A DNA stretch of 64,000 nucleotides, from the IMG/VR virus record IMGVR_UViG_3300020204_000008. One strand, 5' to 3'. Position 1 is the first letter of the stretch. Every line of letters starts with the position of its first letter. This document shows positions 45,248 through 55,158 of this stretch, piece by piece. Both the position numbers and the translations under genes were made by a program. Under the pieces are notes generated by a model. The model was given only the letters and a program-made list of their open reading frames with translations. It searched no databases and had not been told where the DNA came from. This DNA is from a virus.

Positions 45248-46912
45248 TTAGTTTACCTTTTTTGGCCTAGGGACTATTTCCTTAATCTGAATATTTACTG
45301 GACCTAATGAATCTGGCGTGAGTCCGGCAGAATAAACATTTCCATACCTATCTGTAAATCCTCCTCTGATTATCGGAAGTTCCTGATAAGAGACGATAAT
45401 GTCATTAAACTCATCAAGCCCAATGTCTGAAGCAGAAGGATTCTGTATTTTTTGAATCTCGTTCTTTTTAGATATGATGTTAATTGAGACTGAGTCTACT
45501 CCATTTACCTCCTCAATTATCTTGATCAAGTCACTCTTAGGTATCCTAGTAAATCGGGTGTTCTGAATAAAATATTCTCCTAAATTATTTAGGATGTCAC
45601 GTTTAATGATTTCTGTGGAAACATCATCAAACACGATGATTGACGTGTTTATGACATATTCACTAGGAATAGGGTCGATTATCTGAACGTCGGTTGAGAT
45701 CATCTTGCTCCCTGATTTTTCAAGATATTGCAGAAGCTGATTTTTTTGATAGTCGTTCATTACGAATCGATCAAGGCTGGCACTAAAATAATCTTGAGCA
45801 ACACTAAAAGTTTTTCTGATGTCCGGTATTAGAAATAGGTTTAACATTCTAGAATCGACTGGGTCCAACGCAACATTAATAATCGAAAAGAGCTTGAGTT
45901 TTCTAAGCACGCTTTCATAATGGTCGACGTTAACTAGGGCAAAGCTCTTAGACTGCCTTGGTGCAAGAAGTCGAGTCAGCTTAGAGTCTTCAGCATTGGT
46001 TCCAAAGAATGGAGCATTTGTAGTAGTTATCTCAATGTATTGGTTTAGATCGATCTCATCTCCAAGTATGCTAAAGCCAGTATCTACAAATTCAAATTTA
46101 ATGCTGGATAGATCATTACTTCTTATGTTTCCGTTGGATCCTTCAGTCACTAAATATTCGACTAAGATGTCTGATCCTCGTGCAGGTATTCGACCATAGT
46201 TGCCATTTCCAAAAAATAGATCGACTCCACTCGTGATACCTGTCTTGATCATGTAGGCTTTTTCTCCCCTAGGCATGTCAATTATCGAATCGTACTTAGT
46301 CCATTGCTCCCCATTCACGTGTACGTTAACTATAAAGTTATCGATATAATAGTTTTGAGGGCTGCCTATCGCAAAGCTCTCAATCGGTTCGCCCTTAGCT
46401 GATACTGTCTGGGATTCTATGATTCCTTGGCGAATTCCCAACATAAGACCGTTTGTGGTGCCATTGAATGAAAACTTGATTTCGTCTTGAGGTAAGTCTA
46501 AGATATATGTCAGGCCGTTGTTTTTACAGCGAATTCTAGAAAGATTAGGTATGATAACAAAATCGGTTGGAGGCTCGCCGGCCCCTGCCTTAGTCGATAG
46601 ACTGATCTCCCCAGAAGCTGAAACTGCTCTACTTGGATTGTGGCCGGCAAGCGTAGCTAGTGAATAGACTGATGTCAATCGAGTGGCCTCGTTGATATTT
46701 AACTCAGTGATTGAGTCCTCTATATAATAGAATACTAATTGAGTAAGGTTTTCAACCACTAATAGGAGCTGACCGAACGGAGAGGCTGATGTGAATACTG
46801 CCCTGCTCTGATTAAACTTAGAAGTAAGATAGTTTATGGTCTGTGATAATAGGTCTTCAACATATATGCTGAGCCTATTAAAAACCTTAAAATTGTCTGT
46901 GACTTTTGCCAT
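45248..46912 (-). CDS. baseplate wedge protein (T4 gp6 / baseplate-J-like)
   Basis: SVYSLATLAGHNPSRAVSA; LFFGNGNYGRIP; EYLVTEGSNGN. Confidence 0.85.
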   Translation of the reverse strand: MAKVTDNFKVFNRLSIYVEDLLSQTINYLTSKFNQSRAVFTSASPFGQLLLVVENLTQLVFYYIEDSITELNINEATRLTSVYSLATLAGHNPSRAVSASGEISLSTKAGAGEPPTDFVIIPNLSRIRCKNNGLTYILDLPQDEIKFSFNGTTNGLMLGIRQGIIESQTVSAKGEPIESFAIGSPQNYYIDNFIVNVHVNGEQWTKYDSIIDMPRGEKAYMIKTGITSGVDLFFGNGNYGRIPARGSDILVEYLVTEGSNGNIRSNDLSSIKFEFVDTGFSILGDEIDLNQYIEITTTNAPFFGTNAEDSKLTRLLAPRQSKSFALVNVDHYESVLRKLKLFSIINVALDPVDSRMLNLFLIPDIRKTFSVAQDYFSASLDRFVMNDYQKNQLLQYLEKSGSKMISTDVQIIDPIPSEYVINTSIIVFDDVSTEIIKRDILNNLGEYFIQNTRFTRIPKSDLIKIIEEVNGVDSVSINIISKKNEIQKIQNPSASDIGLDEFNDIIVSYQELPIIRGGFTDRYGNVYSAGLTPDSLGPVNIQIKEIVPRPKKVN

Positions 46913-47028
46913 GTAGCAACTTTATTTATTTTATTTATTCGAATATCTCTCATCTCAGCCTATTAATTTAATACTTGTATTTGGTAAAAGGATCTTGCTA
47001 GATAAATAGAATAAAGAAAGACTTAATC

Positions 47029-48348
47029 ATGTTTAAATCTTTAGATAAGAAAAACATATACGATAATTCCCAAATCTCATTTTGCTTTGAGTTTTTCTCA
47101 CCAATGAGAAAGATGGATGCTGCAGCCAAGATATCAAGAGCACTGGGTAAAAAGGTAAAGTGGTTCACTGACGTGAAGAGCGATTTTAAGGCCACTAATG
47201 AGACCTTTAAGCTTGCACCAACTTATTCTAATGGATACAAGGAGATGCAGCTCAGCACGGGTCTTATGCCCTATCAAGAGGCAGTTCACATGTATTTAAA
47301 AGTCTCAAACATCATAGAAGCAATCGGTTTTACTACTGAGAGATGTAGAGTAAAGACTAAGATCAAGCTTAATGAAAACGCGTTACAGTTACAGACTAGC
47401 ATGACTAAATTAAACCGACTTAAATATTTAATAAGCCTGGATGAAAAAAGACTTTTTGAGTTATGGCCACAACCTGAAAATGAAAATCGATTGATGTATC
47501 AGAATCATTTTCAATACGTACAGCCTAAAAGATTATACGATATGATCTTGACCGAATCGATAGTTGAGCGAGGAGATTCAATTGAGCTAAGGTTTCCAGA
47601 ATCTGATTTTTTTGCCACTGATTTTTCTCAATTGTCTAGCGGAAAACTTAACGTTAACTATATTTCAGGTAAGGAGTATACTCGAAAAAAGAAGGAGGCG
47701 GTTGAGACCTTAAATATCATAATCGAACACCTTTACCAGACCTTGACTGAAAATTATACTTATTCTAATCAAGAAAAGATTAAGATATCTGAAATGGTAA
47801 AGGAATTTAGGTTTGCTATCGATTCGACTAAATCTCCATTGGGATTCAAATCAGCTTTCCCAGAAATAGATTTATACATTGATTTAACTAAGAACGAAAG
47901 ACTGATTGAATCAGTCTATCCTCAAATTAGAGAAAAAATATTTAGGGTAATTGTTGGCGGTGGAATCAGTGAAGCAACAGTCAACTATGATACTCGGAGA
48001 GCTAGGTTACAGATCAAGGACGCAAAGATCAAGAGAAGTATCCTATTGGAAGGAGTAGAATTTTTCGGTTGTGAAATTGAAGGCGACGTTAAGGACTGTC
48101 TTTTTGAAAATTGCATAATTCGAAATTCTAAATTAGATGGATGCTCGATCTTTTCAAACAACACAATTAATTTTTCTAAGCTAATCGATTGTGATTACTT
48201 GGGAGAGGCCAATGAGATTCGATCAAGCTTTTTAGACAATCCAGATACCAAGACGATAAACGCTAACTTGACCGAATGCTTAGTAAACAGAGGAAAGTTT
48301 ACCCTAAACTCAGAGGTCGATCGTTCCACTAAAATCATCAATGGTTAA
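47029..48348 (+). CDS. amidoligase-like fold (apparently inactive) with C-terminal beta-helix repeats
   Basis: SFCFEFF..KEMQLSTG..GFTTERC; DCLFENCIIRNSKL repeats; late promoter. Confidence 0.45.
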   Translation: MFKSLDKKNIYDNSQISFCFEFFSPMRKMDAAAKISRALGKKVKWFTDVKSDFKATNETFKLAPTYSNGYKEMQLSTGLMPYQEAVHMYLKVSNIIEAIGFTTERCRVKTKIKLNENALQLQTSMTKLNRLKYLISLDEKRLFELWPQPENENRLMYQNHFQYVQPKRLYDMILTESIVERGDSIELRFPESDFFATDFSQLSSGKLNVNYISGKEYTRKKKEAVETLNIIIEHLYQTLTENYTYSNQEKIKISEMVKEFRFAIDSTKSPLGFKSAFPEIDLYIDLTKNERLIESVYPQIREKIFRVIVGGGISEATVNYDTRRARLQIKDAKIKRSILLEGVEFFGCEIEGDVKDCLFENCIIRNSKLDGCSIFSNNTINFSKLIDCDYLGEANEIRSSFLDNPDTKTINANLTECLVNRGKFTLNSEVDRSTKIING

Positions 48349-48421
48349 CCCATAAGATACTTACAGAACGGCCTTCTTATTTGTTTAAAAAGATAAATAA
48401 TAAAAATAAACTAATCATAGA

Positions 48422-49477
48422 ATGGCTGTCTATAACAACTTACAGACGATTCGTCGCTTGACTAATTCAAGCTTGACGTCATTAATAGATGTAACAAACT
48501 TAAATTTTAAGAGCCTTTCAGATGCAAATCTAGAATTCCTAAATAACATTAATTACGATGAAGTGACTAATTCTTTGTCCATGTATTCTGGAACCTTTGA
48601 ATTGGCTGAGATCACTAATACTCTTACTATATCGCAAAGCAACACTCCGACATTTACTATCCAGTCTTCTGGAAATGCAGTCGGTAAATCTATATTAGTT
48701 GAGGTCTCTGAGACCCAAAGACAGAGATTTACCGACTTTCCTGCATATCCAGCAGTCGGTATTCCAGGAGAAATAGTATATACTGGAGTAGCCGGTTTAG
48801 ACCCAATATATGGAGAAGACTTAATTGGATATTTTCAAGACAGGGGATGGGTCAGTCTTACTGGCGGATATGGTTCTTCTGGAATAATTGCAGAGGGTTC
48901 AGGTACCAATTCAACGTATAGAATTAATACTGGAAATACTGCAAGCGGTGATTATTCAACTGTCTCTGGAGGACATAACAATACTGCTAGTGGATACGGT
49001 TCTACTGTTAGCGGAGGATACAATAACTCAACATCGATCGGCGACTTAAATACTGTCAGCGGTGGCTATGCAAACAGTGCCAGTGGATACTATTCTAGCA
49101 TTGCTGGAGGAGCTCAAAACTTTGCAGTAGATTTCGCAAGCGTTGGAGGAGGAGTTAATAACCTTGCCTTAAATATAGGTTCGACCATAAGCGGGGGTTA
49201 TGCTAACTTATCGGCCGGCTTGGGCACGACAGTCGGCGGTGGAGTGGTAAATACTGCAAGCGGATACTATTCTGCGATATTGGGAGGAATAAACAATAGT
49301 GACGCAGGCTGCTCGTGTGCTATGATTGTTGGGAGCAGCATCACGGCAAACCGTGCATGTACTACTTTTGTGAATCAGTTATCAATAATGAATCTGCCCA
49401 ACGGGTCTGCTGGACTACCTACTGGTGCAGTGTATTATTGCTCAAGCGATTCAAATAGACTCTATTTTGTACCATAA
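48422..49477 (+). CDS. fibre/adhesin protein with GGxxNxA beta-roll repeats
   Basis: NTASGDYSTVSGGHNNTASGYGSTVSGG repeats; late promoter. Confidence 0.75.
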   Translation: MAVYNNLQTIRRLTNSSLTSLIDVTNLNFKSLSDANLEFLNNINYDEVTNSLSMYSGTFELAEITNTLTISQSNTPTFTIQSSGNAVGKSILVEVSETQRQRFTDFPAYPAVGIPGEIVYTGVAGLDPIYGEDLIGYFQDRGWVSLTGGYGSSGIIAEGSGTNSTYRINTGNTASGDYSTVSGGHNNTASGYGSTVSGGYNNSTSIGDLNTVSGGYANSASGYYSSIAGGAQNFAVDFASVGGGVNNLALNIGSTISGGYANLSAGLGTTVGGGVVNTASGYYSAILGGINNSDAGCSCAMIVGSSITANRACTTFVNQLSIMNLPNGSAGLPTGAVYYCSSDSNRLYFVP

Positions 49478-49495
49478 TTAAAAAAATAAAAATAA

Positions 49496-49951
49496 ATGGC
49501 AGACGTTTTACCTGAGTTTGATCAATTAATCTTATATAATTCTAATAATCGATGGTCTGTGAAATACATCGTAAAATCAAGAGAAATTAATTCATTATTC
49601 GAGATCGCTGAGGTAAGGGAGGGTATCTTAAATCAACTTTTTTTACAAGTCTTAGAAGGGGTTAATTTATACATAAGACCAGTAGCTCCAGCCGAAAAAG
49701 ATGAAGGTCGCCGCATAGTACTGCTACAGATATTTGATCAATCAATCACGATCAGAACGGTTCCTAAAATAGGAATAGGACCCGATGGAGGTATTCTTTC
49801 TAAATTGCCTAAACCTGTTCGTACGAACAGTACTCAAAAGATAGGAATTCCATATTCTACGATTGAATCGGCAATAGACGACTTTAATTTTCAAAAGACT
49901 GTTACTTTAATGGTGAATGAGATTGACAACATAGTCACACAATCAGATTAA
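49496..49951 (+). CDS. hypothetical protein
   Basis: ORF track. Confidence 0.6.
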   Translation: MADVLPEFDQLILYNSNNRWSVKYIVKSREINSLFEIAEVREGILNQLFLQVLEGVNLYIRPVAPAEKDEGRRIVLLQIFDQSITIRTVPKIGIGPDGGILSKLPKPVRTNSTQKIGIPYSTIESAIDDFNFQKTVTLMVNEIDNIVTQSD

Positions 49952-50763
49952 TAATACTTAAATTCATCGTAAAACCACTGATATTTGGTCTTGATCCAAT
50001 TGCAGGCACCTTGACCTAATACTTCCTTATAATCTGGTTTAAGAGGTTCAAGCTTCTTACGAATCTTGTGATCTCCATAGATACCGTATACTGAATCGTC
50101 TTCCTTTGTGATTTGTTCAATATTGTTAAAATCATGATTAAAATAGGGAACTTCTAAGTACTGATATATCTTCTTAATTTCTGGCACCGGGTCTTTTGCT
50201 AGGTCCTCATATCTAATAAATAGCATCTTATGATTTGTGCCCTCCTTAAATACTTGTTGTAACCTTTCGATTGCCATGCCTACGGGTTGACCTGCTGCCC
50301 AGACATCAATCCTTTTCTCAGTAGTTGTGCCCGTCATGTTTGCGTGGTTAACTATTCCTGAGTCTAGGTGTTGATTTTTACGAAAGTTCTTCTCCATTGA
50401 GGTGAATATGCCACGTAGATCTCTGACCATGCAAATGATTTTAGGTTCAGGATAGAATGAATTTAAGAAGCCGTAATGGACTCCCCAGCCTCTACTCTTG
50501 TCCAGGACATAAGGTTTATCTGTGATTGCATTAAAGAATCCCATCACTCCATCATGACAGAACTGAGTAAATCCAGTTCGCATTAGGAGCTGATCCTGTG
50601 CCTTAAATTCAGCTGAATTAGTGTAATTGTTTCTGGCAGCATACACTAATTCTAGGACACCTGAAGTGGGTGTCACATAGAAGTCTGGATTCTGACCCAT
50701 TATATTTTGTAAAAGGGTCGAACCCGATCTAGGTAGAGAAGACTGAAAGAATAATTTTTTCAT
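49948..50763 (-). CDS. sulfotransferase family protein
   Basis: SSLPRSGSTLL (PAPS loop), KIICMVRD..S, IRYEDL. Confidence 0.9.
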   Translation of the reverse strand: MKKLFFQSSLPRSGSTLLQNIMGQNPDFYVTPTSGVLELVYAARNNYTNSAEFKAQDQLLMRTGFTQFCHDGVMGFFNAITDKPYVLDKSRGWGVHYGFLNSFYPEPKIICMVRDLRGIFTSMEKNFRKNQHLDSGIVNHANMTGTTTEKRIDVWAAGQPVGMAIERLQQVFKEGTNHKMLFIRYEDLAKDPVPEIKKIYQYLEVPYFNHDFNNIEQITKEDDSVYGIYGDHKIRKKLEPLKPDYKEVLGQGACNWIKTKYQWFYDEFKYY

Positions 50764-51395
50764 ACTATGTTCGATGTATATTTTTTGTTTTGTATTACTT
50801 GATTGAATGACTGGATTATCCTGATCCTGTATTTACCTATACTTGTGTGATTATAACTCATGTGCTGGATCACCTTTGCATAAAAATTATCTATCTCCAT
50901 TCCAGAGTGGCTTCCCATTTCAAGTATGTCATCATAAAGGTTTGCAGATACTCCATACGCGTGTGAACAGACTATCTGATTTTTAAAAAAGGGCTCAATC
51001 GGTCCTCCAAAATAGAGCATGTCCCAATCATTAAGTATCTCCTGATTGATCGTGAGAAACTCGCTGGGATTCATTAAGAATTCAATGTCGTCTTCTAGTA
51101 TTAACACTCGACGGTATCCATTTATCTTGGCATGCTGGATCGCATTAAGATGGGATTGTCTACGACCCAATTGACCCTTAATGTACTTTTCTTCGCTCTT
51201 TATGAAGTCACGATAGCTAGTAGGATTAGGCATGGAGATCAGATCACTTCCTGCTATCCTGTGAAAATTAGTGATTCCAAATTTTTCAAACTGTTTGATC
51301 ATGTTTTGACGGCGATCCCCGTCTTTATCCATATTGATATAGAGTATCTTATCAAAATACTCATTTATGTTTACTGGTCGATAGGTAAAATCCAT
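50760..51395 (-). CDS. glycosyltransferase family 25-like
   Basis: YINMDKDGDRR, SH, LILEDD, WDMLYFG. Confidence 0.85.
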   Translation of the reverse strand: MDFTYRPVNINEYFDKILYINMDKDGDRRQNMIKQFEKFGITNFHRIAGSDLISMPNPTSYRDFIKSEEKYIKGQLGRRQSHLNAIQHAKINGYRRVLILEDDIEFLMNPSEFLTINQEILNDWDMLYFGGPIEPFFKNQIVCSHAYGVSANLYDDILEMGSHSGMEIDNFYAKVIQHMSYNHTSIGKYRIRIIQSFNQVIQNKKYTSNIV

Positions 51396-52291
51396 TATGC
51401 TGAAAGGATCTCGGTCAGATCAAATATGTTTAGGTCTAACAATGGACACTCATGATTTGCTCCATGAAAGTTATAATCAAAAAGATAACTGTCTGGCAAC
51501 TTAGTATCTTGTGGCAGATCGGCTACTACGTTATGGTGTATATCGTATCCAAAGATTTTAGGTGAGGTCCCGATCCACAGAACTGTCGATGGAAGCATCA
51601 TAGCGGCGGCAGCATGTTGCAGACAAGAATCTATTAGAATTCTTCGTTCTGAAAAGAGTAATAATGAGAGCATTTCCATGTTACCCATGGGTTCATGGAT
51701 AACCTCTGCGCCAGATATCACATGTTCACAGGATCGACATATTTGGATCACATGATGTGTTTGATTTAAAACTTTTACTATTTCTGTTGCTAAGTCAATC
51801 GGCATGTCCCTGGTCCATGAATAAACATACGGCTGATCATTTAGTGGACCGCCATTAGTCTGTATGACTGCAATCGGTCGGTCACGATGCCACTTTCTAA
51901 AGCCGAACTGTCGCTGTCTCACATTAAAGATCAATTCCGGTGATTCTCCAGAAAAATCTAAATCGTATATCTTACACCAATTTTCAATTAGCGAAAGTCT
52001 CTTATGAATGTGGTCGCTTGTAAAATAGGGTTCATGTTTAAAGATTAAGCTGTCCCTGCCATCGATAAAATCTTGATAGAAATATGGAGTCGTGCCTATT
52101 CTATACACTCGATCAATGAAAGGTAAATTTAGGAATATTTCAGGATGTGAGCAGACTACTATTAATTCTCGATCAGGGTGATTGTTTTTAATACATTTAG
52201 CAACTGCAGTAGCGGCTATGTTTTTTCCAAGCCCTCCCTCAATGTGAAATACTGAATACTTTTTTTCTTTCTTTTTAGTTGGGTTGCTCAT
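51395..52291 (-). CDS. GT9-like glycosyltransferase
   Basis: GGLGKNIAATAV; IDSCLQHAAAAMMLPSTVLW. Confidence 0.75.
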   Translation of the reverse strand: MSNPTKKKEKKYSVFHIEGGLGKNIAATAVAKCIKNNHPDRELIVVCSHPEIFLNLPFIDRVYRIGTTPYFYQDFIDGRDSLIFKHEPYFTSDHIHKRLSLIENWCKIYDLDFSGESPELIFNVRQRQFGFRKWHRDRPIAVIQTNGGPLNDQPYVYSWTRDMPIDLATEIVKVLNQTHHVIQICRSCEHVISGAEVIHEPMGNMEMLSLLLFSERRILIDSCLQHAAAAMMLPSTVLWIGTSPKIFGYDIHHNVVADLPQDTKLPDSYLFDYNFHGANHECPLLDLNIFDLTEILSA

Positions 52292-52344
52292 CTCAGTAAA
52301 AGTTATAACGTTTATAACTATTACTTTGATTTGATAAAAAGTTC

Positions 52345-52896
52345 TTAGTTAAAATCTAACTCGATATCAAAATCGAAATACACGAATTTAGCAGTAAAAG
52401 TCGTAAAGTCTGGAGTGGCAGAACTATATGAGAGCTTAAAACCGTCTTGACTCTTTAAAATCGGTCTCTTAAATATGATCGACGACACCAAGTATCCTTC
52501 ATTGTCTAGGAGAGAAAGTCTCATTGGAGAAAACGTAGGCTGGTTTTTATTATTAAAGTCCAAGTATTTTAGTGCGTTTTCTAAAAAGATAAAATAGTTT
52601 AGGTAGGCATCAGTCAGTTTAAAAGTTAGGGTAAACTCTCTAGTGAATAGGTCGACTACTTGCTTAGAGCTCTTGTATTCCTGTTGCTTACCGAATAGTC
52701 TAGTCTGAGTCGCAGGATCCATAGTCCAACCAGGAAAATCGATAGATTGTATCGTTGCTGACATAAACGCGTCAATAGTATCATACGGTAGGATCAAGCT
52801 CTGATAATACTTCTTGTACTTTTCCTTGATCTCAGGTGCAAAGAAATCAGGCGGAAAGTTAAATATGAATCCGTTTTGTCTTACGTTTAATAGCAT
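52345..52896 (-). CDS. tail-tube-fold protein (gp19/gp3/gp54-like)
   Basis: IQSIDFPG..FTLTFKL..YSSATPDFTTFTAKFVY. Confidence 0.55.
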   Translation of the reverse strand: MLLNVRQNGFIFNFPPDFFAPEIKEKYKKYYQSLILPYDTIDAFMSATIQSIDFPGWTMDPATQTRLFGKQQEYKSSKQVVDLFTREFTLTFKLTDAYLNYFIFLENALKYLDFNNKNQPTFSPMRLSLLDNEGYLVSSIIFKRPILKSQDGFKLSYSSATPDFTTFTAKFVYFDFDIELDFN

Positions 52897-53175
52897 CTAT
52901 TTCTTTTTATTTCTTTTTGCCTTTTTAGCTCTTTGCCAGAGGGACTTATCTGCCTTCTGAGTGGTCTTTCCTCCGGTGATAAATGAATTTACTCGTGCCA
53001 TCGCCCATTGCTGCTGGGTGACCCCAGGGCGATGTCCAGTCCTCCAAGCCGCCATTCCTTTGTTATATACGGTTCGAAGTATGCCTAACGGAATTCCGCT
53101 AGCTTTGGCTTTATTCTTAAGAGCGGTCTCCGACTCATTAATTCTGTTATTCAACCACTGATTAAAATTTAACAT
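52897..53175 (-). CDS. basic DUF5824-like protein with targeting-like N-terminus
   Basis: MLNFNQWLNNRINES; SGIPLGILRTVYNKGMAAWRTGHRPG..WAMARVNSF. Confidence 0.7.
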   Translation of the reverse strand: MLNFNQWLNNRINESETALKNKAKASGIPLGILRTVYNKGMAAWRTGHRPGVTQQQWAMARVNSFITGGKTTQKADKSLWQRAKKAKRNKKK

Positions 53176-53176
53176 C

Positions 53177-53866
53177 TTATTTCTCTTTTTTTCCAAGCTG
53201 TCTCTTGACCTCTTCTCTTACTTTCTCCATCTTTTTAGCATAAGCCGGATCGTCCTTACGATTAAAGACGATCTGCTGGTTAAGGCTTCCTGTGATCTTG
53301 CGCATGTCTCCTCCTCTGGTCCTGATCAACCATGCAGCAAGTGCCTTGATTCCCAAGCTCTTAAACTTTCCCTTAGCGTCTGGTGCATCCGAATCGTGCC
53401 AGTCTGGAGCACCCTTGGGTTTTTTACCCTCAGATACTTCGTCCTCGTTCTTAGCTTGCCAATCTGCAGATACTTTATCATCTAGGATAGGTCCGCCTGA
53501 TGCCCAAGTATAACAGGTTCTAGCAGAATGACACTTAAAGTGGTGCATCCAACAGTAACCCAAACGACCGTCGGGATCCGATACTTCGCCTGGCATGCAG
53601 GCTTCCATTCTTGGAGAGATATCGAAGGCCACACAATTACTGCAATTAGATTCCTTAGCTACTTCAGGTTCAGTATTCCATTTCTTAGCATATCTGATCC
53701 AGTATTCATCATCATTTAGGTTTAGCGGGCCATATTGAATATACTCCGCCTCAATTGCCTTATCTCTGTTTTGAGTGTTTAACTCTAGGTTTTGAGTCGC
53801 CATTGGACAAGAACCGTTCTCCTTTTCAAGAATTAAGTATTGTCGATAGTTTAATAGGTTTTTCAT
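53177..53866 (-). CDS. Cys/His-rich protein with targeting-like N-terminus
   Basis: MKNLLNYRQYLILE; CSNC, CWMHHFKCHSARTC. Confidence 0.7.
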   Translation of the reverse strand: MKNLLNYRQYLILEKENGSCPMATQNLELNTQNRDKAIEAEYIQYGPLNLNDDEYWIRYAKKWNTEPEVAKESNCSNCVAFDISPRMEACMPGEVSDPDGRLGYCWMHHFKCHSARTCYTWASGGPILDDKVSADWQAKNEDEVSEGKKPKGAPDWHDSDAPDAKGKFKSLGIKALAAWLIRTRGGDMRKITGSLNQQIVFNRKDDPAYAKKMEKVREEVKRQLGKKEK

Positions 53867-54279
53867 TTTTTACCGAATTTTTTTTGATAGGCTAGCGTGT
53901 ATTTACTAGGTTTAGTTTTGTATCGTTTGCCCGATTTTGAATAGTCTGCTTTCCAGCCACCGTCCGGATAACTAGTATATGCACTAGCATCATTGTCACT
54001 CTTTTTAGCGTGTTTCTTGATCTCACTCTTCATCTCCCTAGAATCTCGAGTCAAGTATACGGGATTTACTTTTTCCTTTTTTCTCTCGTTCACGAATTGA
54101 GAATAGGTCAAGATCTTGGACTCATTCTTGGAGATCTCGATAGCTTGTAATTGGTCGACTGCCTTTTCTCGAGTAGGGTGAGTTCCAAGTAACTTACGCT
54201 TACCGTTCACCTTCTTTTTAGAATAGACTTTCCACACATTACCTGACTTTTCTATGGTCTCATTTATCGAATCCATCAC
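53863..54279 (-). CDS. basic protein with internal targeting-like motif
   Basis: LLGTHPTREKAVDQLQAIE; KILTYSQFVNE; KTKPSKYT. Confidence 0.7.
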   Translation of the reverse strand: MMDSINETIEKSGNVWKVYSKKKVNGKRKLLGTHPTREKAVDQLQAIEISKNESKILTYSQFVNERKKEKVNPVYLTRDSREMKSEIKKHAKKSDNDASAYTSYPDGGWKADYSKSGKRYKTKPSKYTLAYQKKFGKK

Positions 54280-54541
54280 CCTTTATTATTTTTACCTTTA
54301 ATGTTCCAGTTCCCCGAATCACCCTGTGCCACTGACCTCTCTCGATAAAAACTGTCGAGTTTAGGCTTTGCGGTAACTTATTCTCCAATTGAATCTTCCA
54401 ATCAGTAGACTCAATTGCTAGTATCGCTCTGTCCTCGTCGTCTCGATGCCAAGTAAACTCTGTGATAGTTGTATCTTGTGAAAATTCACGTATATAAGTA
54501 TCACTAGATATTTGAGTCTCTTCGAATAGTAATTGCTTCAT
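54260..54541 (-). CDS. cupin-like small protein
   Basis: WHRDDEDR..FIERGQWHRVIRG. Confidence 0.65.
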   Translation of the reverse strand: MKQLLFEETQISSDTYIREFSQDTTITEFTWHRDDEDRAILAIESTDWKIQLENKLPQSLNSTVFIERGQWHRVIRGTGTLKVKIIKGDGFDK

Positions 54542-54558
54542 GCTATTTTATTTTTAAA

Positions 54559-55158
54559 TCACAGACCAGCAACAGCTGGAACGTTAGTTTCCATGTGACC
54601 CGTCTTTTTCTTTGCCTCACCTGCACTCTTCGCAATTGCATCTCTAGCGATCTTATTATCTGCACCAAAATCAGTATAATAATATTTTACTTTCGATGAA
54701 TTATTTTTAGTAAACTCTTGATAAAAAGAAGATACTTCAGAATTTCCCATCCAAATATCAACTAATAAGACTTTAGAAAAGTCAGAGGCTCTATTCTTTA
54801 ATAGGGACCTGCCTGGACGATATCCTCCAGAAAATAGATACAGGACCTTTGATGATGGTTTAATTCCATATTTTTCAAGTTGAGTGAGCACGTTTTTATA
54901 AGTTGACTCTCCATCTACTTGATGACTAGATGCAACGAATATGTGATACTTGTTTTTTAATTTATCCACATAGTCCCACATGTAGTCTCCGCTCGGTCTT
55001 CCACCAACGCGTATTCCGCCATAGACTATGAGTAGAGGAGCCGTCTTGTTTTTACAAAACAGGATTTTTCCACCGGAGATAACGGTTTTTTCAGTAGGCA
55101 TGGACTCAACTTGAGTCGCATCCTCAAATAATTGTTGATAAGTTAATAGATGCTTCAT
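54559..55158 (-). CDS. alpha/beta-hydrolase-like protein with targeting-like N-terminus
   Basis: MKHLLTYQQLFED (start reassigned, TAATG); YLFSGG, LLVD, GHM. Confidence 0.55.
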   Translation of the reverse strand: MKHLLTYQQLFEDATQVESMPTEKTVISGGKILFCKNKTAPLLIVYGGIRVGGRPSGDYMWDYVDKLKNKYHIFVASSHQVDGESTYKNVLTQLEKYGIKPSSKVLYLFSGGYRPGRSLLKNRASDFSKVLLVDIWMGNSEVSSFYQEFTKNNSSKVKYYYTDFGADNKIARDAIAKSAGEAKKKTGHMETNVPAVAGL

